The translations under genes were made by a program, and so were the position numbers. DNA of 64,000 nt from contig JBCBUK010000006.1 in assembly GCA_039818205.1 (NCBI GenBank), forward strand, positions 96,001 through 160,000, in the 5' to 3' direction. Every line of letters starts with the position of its first letter. Position 1 is the stretch's first letter. Source of the stretch: Verrucomicrobiota bacterium. GTDB taxonomy: Bacteria > Verrucomicrobiota > Verrucomicrobiia > Opitutales > Cerasicoccaceae. Of this stretch, positions 60,133 to 64,000 are shown one piece after another. Below the pieces are notes generated by a model. The model had not been told where the DNA came from. It saw only the letters and a list, made by a program, of their open reading frames with translations, and did not search any database.

Positions 60133-60894
60133 CTAGGCTTTTCCGTGGTTTGCACGGACGATGGCCCCGCCCAGCCGGTTTTCGTGGATCGCGTTATAGA
60201 GCTGCGTGTAAAGGTTGAGCATGTGGTCGTAGAATCCCTCTGGCGTGGTTTTGCGGATCTTCTTTTCGGCGTGGCGAATATTGTCGACCAGCGTCGCATA
60301 CCAATCGGTGAAGTGCGGATGCAGCGGCTCGATCGTAAACATGTGCCAGCCGTTGCGCTCCAGGAGAGACTCGATTTTGTCGAGGTGGAGCGGGTTGGGG
60401 AGGAATGGCTTCCCGTTTTCCAGGATGGGATCCAGGTGGTAGTCGCCGCGATCGACGTAATCAAAAATCATTAGCTGTGCGGAATGTTTCGCAACTTTGG
60501 ATAGTGCGTCCAATGCGCCCGGCTGGTTCTGAAAGGCATAAAACGCATTGAAGCTCACCACAAAATCGAATTCGCCATCGACGAGTTGGTCGGTTTCGGC
60601 TGCGTCTCCCGTGATGAAATTGTTCCGCTCGTAAGTTTCGTTGGCGTAGACAACCGCGCTGCGGTTGATCTCGATGCCCGTGACCTTACCCCAGCTCTGG
60701 CGCCGGATATATTCGGCGGTTGCACCAAGGCCGCTACCCACGTCGAGTATGCGTTGAGACGGGTTGCGCTGAACGTTCTTAAAAACGAGGTCAACGGCCT
60801 CCTCTTCTCCGGCGTGAGCGTAATCGGCTTTTCGGACCAGGCTGAGTGCCTGTTTTCCAGCCAGGCTATTCATTTCGATCATGGCTTCGGGCAT
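60133..60894 (-). CDS. Class I SAM-dependent methyltransferase
   Basis: ILDVGSGLGAT, VTGIEI, GDA. Confidence 0.85.
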   Translation of the reverse strand: MPEAMIEMNSLAGKQALSLVRKADYAHAGEEEAVDLVFKNVQRNPSQRILDVGSGLGATAEYIRRQSWGKVTGIEINRSAVVYANETYERNNFITGDAAETDQLVDGEFDFVVSFNAFYAFQNQPGALDALSKVAKHSAQLMIFDYVDRGDYHLDPILENGKPFLPNPLHLDKIESLLERNGWHMFTIEPLHPHFTDWYATLVDNIRHAEKKIRKTTPEGFYDHMLNLYTQLYNAIHENRLGGAIVRANHGKA

Positions 60895-61001
60895 CCAGCC
60901 ATGAAGAAGGATTTCGGATTCGGTGTAAAGTCTGCGGGCAAAACAGTTTCGTCGAGTTGGTCGGAATCGATAAACTTATCCAGTCAGCGTTTCCCGAGGG
61001 G

Positions 61002-61190
61002 CTAGCCGAAATAAATCGCGAGTGCGAATTGCGCCGCCAGAATCACGATAAAAATCAGGTAGACCAATCCAGCGAAAAGATCTGGCCGCAGTTTTCGTTC
61101 GCGTGGCTTCGCCGCCGCCGAACTTGAGATTTCAGGCTGCGGAACCTTCCGCCCGGCAAGCTTTTCGGTGAGATCAACGGGCGAGGGCAT
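61002..61190 (-). CDS. Putative 62-aa tail-anchored membrane protein
   Basis: ATG start, C-terminal hydrophobic helix, fills the gap. Confidence 0.45.
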   Translation of the reverse strand: MPSPVDLTEKLAGRKVPQPEISSSAAAKPRERKLRPDLFAGLVYLIFIVILAAQFALAIYFG

Positions 61191-61360
61191 GGTCTGCAGG
61201 CATTAAAATTTTGGGCATTCCAGATTAGCTCACCTGATGGCCATGAACAGTTTTTCTGGTAACGCTCATTAGTAGTCGATTTCTAGTATTGACGCTCCCC
61301 ACCTTTCCGTCAACTCATAGCCCCATCATTTACACCTGAATGGTTCCCGACTCCCTCGGC

Positions 61361-62299
61361 ATGACCGCACTTCGCAAATTTCTCCTTCCATTATCGCTTC
61401 TACTCACCGCAAGCCCTGCAATGGCTGCTGGTGACGGCGGTGTCAGTCCCTACGCCTACACCCTCTTCAAGATCGGTGGCATTCCCGTTACGAACGCCAT
61501 GGTGACTGGGTGGATGATCTCACTGCTGTTGATTTTTGGTGTCCGCAAGCTGGTTGGCAAGCCGCAGATTGTGCCGTCAAAGGGCCAAGCGATGGTCGAA
61601 AGCATGCTCAAGGGCGTTTACGACATCATGGAACCAATTATCGGCAAAAAGCTGATTGGTAAGGTATTTCCGCTCCTCATTACGCTTTTCTTGTTCATTT
61701 TGATCAATAACTGGAGCGGTTTGTTCCCCGGTGTTGGATCCTTCGGTCACTTCACACCGGATTACATGGTTCCTGCGGATCACGTGGAGGAGGCGAAAGA
61801 AGCCGGTCTAACCGTCCGTAAGTTCGACGATACCTACTACGTTGGTCACTTCTATTACTACTTTCGTCCGGCCAATGCCGACTTGAACACCACCTTGGCT
61901 TTGGCCATCATTTCCTTCATCGCATGGATCTGGTATGTGCTGCGTTATGCGGGCCCGGGCGTGCTCTTCTTCGACCTGTTCGGAAACAAGGCGGACAAGA
62001 ACGAAGTTCCGGGTTTTATCTACATTCCGCTCTTTGGCGTCTTTGGCTTGGTCGGTGTCATTGAAGTCGTATCGATTCTGTCGCGTCTGGTTTCATTGCC
62101 ATTCCGTCTGTTTGGTAACGTCTTCGGGGGAGAAAACCTGCTGACCAGTATGCACGGCATGATCGCCTGGTTCGTTCCCGTTCCTTTCTTTTTCTTGGAG
62201 ATCCTGATTGGCCTCGTTCAAGCCTTGGTCTTCACGCTCCTGACCGCTGTTTACATCGGCTTGATTGTTAACCACGGCGACGAGGAACACGCACACTAA
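61361..62299 (+). CDS. atpB: F0F1 ATP synthase subunit a
   Basis: NNWSGLFPG, ADLNTTLALA, SLPFRLFGNVFGGE, VQALVFTLL; start 61340 or 61361. Confidence 0.95.
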   Translation: MTALRKFLLPLSLLLTASPAMAAGDGGVSPYAYTLFKIGGIPVTNAMVTGWMISLLLIFGVRKLVGKPQIVPSKGQAMVESMLKGVYDIMEPIIGKKLIGKVFPLLITLFLFILINNWSGLFPGVGSFGHFTPDYMVPADHVEEAKEAGLTVRKFDDTYYVGHFYYYFRPANADLNTTLALAIISFIAWIWYVLRYAGPGVLFFDLFGNKADKNEVPGFIYIPLFGVFGLVGVIEVVSILSRLVSLPFRLFGNVFGGENLLTSMHGMIAWFVPVPFFFLEILIGLVQALVFTLLTAVYIGLIVNHGDEEHAH

Positions 62300-62389
62300 A
62301 CTTTCTTTATAGAGAACACTTTCCTGGCTGGGACCATTGACCAATGAGCGTGGGCAGCCGGGTGTAAAAACAACAAACACAATCGAAAA

Positions 62390-62641
62390 ATGATCGAACT
62401 ATTCACTGCAATGGACGTATCCGCCCTGCAATCCGTCGCTCAAATGACTGGCGACCTTGGCAAGGGTATCACCGCAGGCCTCGGCTGTTTCGCTGCTGCC
62501 ATCGGTGTAGGCTTGGTTGGCACAAAGGCTGTTGAGGCTGTTGGCCGCAACCCGGGCGCATCAGGTAAGGTACTCGTCCAATCCATTATCGGCATGGCGC
62601 TCGCGGAAGCGGTCGCGTTCTATGCTTTGTTCCTATACTAG
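62390..62641 (+). CDS. atpE: F0F1 ATP synthase subunit c
   Basis: Gly-rich helix, GRNP loop, conserved Glu in ALAEA. Confidence 0.95.
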   Translation: MIELFTAMDVSALQSVAQMTGDLGKGITAGLGCFAAAIGVGLVGTKAVEAVGRNPGASGKVLVQSIIGMALAEAVAFYALFLY

Positions 62642-62659
62642 TATTCTATTCTTACTTTG

Positions 62660-62696
62660 GATGGGCCCGGTCACCTGACACGGGTTCGGGCCCATC
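62660..62696 (+). other. Stem-loop between atpE and atpF
   Basis: GATGGGCCCG...CGGGCCCATC 10-bp perfect stem. Confidence 0.6.
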
Positions 62697-62717
62697 AACT
62701 TTCATCCACCACGAAAA

Positions 62718-63311
62718 ATGATCGACCCATTCATTACTTTGGCCGCCGCTGATGCTTCCAAGAGTGCGGAGCAAGAAGGGATTTTCGAGAAGTTGATCCA
62801 AACAGCTTCCGATCTCGGAAGTTACTTCCATGTCGATGGCGCGTTGCTGTTCGCGCAGGGCCTCAATTTCATCATCGTTGCCGTGGTGCTGTGGAAGTTC
62901 GCCTTCAAGCCAGTCATGGCGAGCATGGAGGAGCGCCAGAAGAAGATTCAAGATGGCCTCCAGTATGCAGAAGAGATGAAGGCACGTCTGGCGGACGCCG
63001 AAAAGCAAAGCGCGGACAAGATTAAGGAAGCCTCCGGCGAGGCAGCCAAGCTCGTTGCCGATGCGCGCGAGAACGCCAAGAGTTTCCTCGAACAGCAAAA
63101 TCAAGAAGCTGTTCAACACGCTGAAGGCATTATTGCTAAGGCCCACTCCTCGATGGAACAGGAGCGCAAGCAAATGCTCTCTGAGATTCGCAAGGAAGTG
63201 GCTGACCTCGTGGTTTCCGCTTCGGCTAAGGTGCTCGACCGTGAACTGTCGGCCGCCGAGAAGAGCCGCTTTAGCGAATCCGCCGCCAAAGAATTGGCTG
63301 GCTCCAACTAA
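62718..63311 (+). CDS. atpF: F0F1 ATP synthase subunit b
   Basis: QGLNFII...KFAFKPV...ERQKKI, long coiled coil. Confidence 0.93.
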   Translation: MIDPFITLAAADASKSAEQEGIFEKLIQTASDLGSYFHVDGALLFAQGLNFIIVAVVLWKFAFKPVMASMEERQKKIQDGLQYAEEMKARLADAEKQSADKIKEASGEAAKLVADARENAKSFLEQQNQEAVQHAEGIIAKAHSSMEQERKQMLSEIRKEVADLVVSASAKVLDRELSAAEKSRFSESAAKELAGSN

Positions 63312-63333
63312 TTTGATCACTCGGATTTGACCC

Positions 63334-63735
63334 ATGGCCAACGCTGACCAACCCATCAAAGACTTCGCCAAGAAACTGGTGACCATGTCGCTCGATAGCG
63401 AGGGACAGGCGAGCAGTGAGCGTGTGAAGGCGGTACTCGATGCGCTGGGCGCGAATCCACCTCGTCGTTATCGGCTTCTCCTGAAGTTTTACGCCCGGTA
63501 TCTGGCGGTGGAAATTTCCCGTGGACAGGCCAAAATCGATTACGCCGGCCCCCTCGGTGAAGACACGGTCGCCGAGATCGAAAAGAAATTTACGGCAGCT
63601 TACGATCGCAGGATTGTTGCTGTCGCCCAGGAAAAACCCGAGCTCATCGCGGGCGTCCGAGTCACCATCGGTGACGATGTCTACGATTCCTCCGTGGCGA
63701 CCCGCCTCGCTCAGTTGGAGATGAATGTTTCCTAA
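63334..63735 (+). CDS. atpH: F0F1 ATP synthase subunit delta (short form)
   Basis: PELIAGVRVTIGDDVYDSSVATRL; operon position. Confidence 0.88.
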   Translation: MANADQPIKDFAKKLVTMSLDSEGQASSERVKAVLDALGANPPRRYRLLLKFYARYLAVEISRGQAKIDYAGPLGEDTVAEIEKKFTAAYDRRIVAVAQEKPELIAGVRVTIGDDVYDSSVATRLAQLEMNVS

Positions 63736-63783
63736 TCCCCCACCTTTTAAACAAGCAAAGACCCGTACCCATTTTTTGAAGCC

Positions 63784-64000
63784 ATGAGTTCCGTTCTCGA
63801 ACAGATCCAACAGGAAATCGCCAAACTCGAAACCAAGACCGTTAAGACAAATGTCGGAACGATCACCAGCGTGTTTGACGGCGTCGCCAAGCTAGACGGC
63901 CTTTCGGGCGTCATGTACAATGAAATGATTGAGTTCCCGGGCGGTGTTTACGGGATCGCATTGAACCTCGAAGAAGACGAGGTCGGTGTGGTTGTCCTCG
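63784..64000 (+). CDS. atpA: F0F1 ATP synthase subunit alpha, 5' part (truncated by window end)
   Basis: [12 protein letters not shown]...[17 protein letters not shown]...[16 protein letters not shown]. Confidence 0.92.
   Translation, partial: MSSVLEQIQQEIAKLETKTVKTNVGTITSVFDGVAKLDGLSGVMYNEMIEFPGGVYGIALNLEEDEVGVVVL

Noticed and set aside
61289..61313. TTGACG-N13-CGTCAA inverted repeat upstream of atpB
   Set aside because: Spacing differs from the ispH and icd palindromes and no convincing -10; cannot support a shared regulator

Overview
Gene-dense bacterial chromosome segment, probably from a Verrucomicrobiota (Opitutales-like) genome; this is inferred from PEP-CTERM, prepilin/H-X9-DG and SHD1-like proteins. 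Housekeeping genes include tkt, ispH, trpE, a sigma-70 factor, oxyR/ahpC/trxB, monomeric icd, uvrC, cinA, glpD, purSQL and the start of the atp operon (atpBEFH, partial atpA). Accessory loci: (1) a degenerate dihydroorotate-dehydrogenase-like domain fused to a duplicated His-containing membrane domain, bracketed by two inverted copies of one 27-bp hairpin; (2) a reversed-order RES/Xre toxin-antitoxin pair; (3) a pseudopilin plus choice-of-anchor-M PEP-CTERM pair behind two Fur/Zur-like palindromes; (4) an orphan PIN protein with Asp->Gln active-site changes; (5) a 12-kb Wsp-like chemosensory cluster with two MCPs, a double-Hpt CheA, an inserted PEP-CTERM beta-propeller gene and no WspR, next to a divergent hybrid kinase and a STAS protein. 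No tRNA, rRNA, CRISPR array or transposase was recognised. All family calls come from motif recognition by eye, not database searches.
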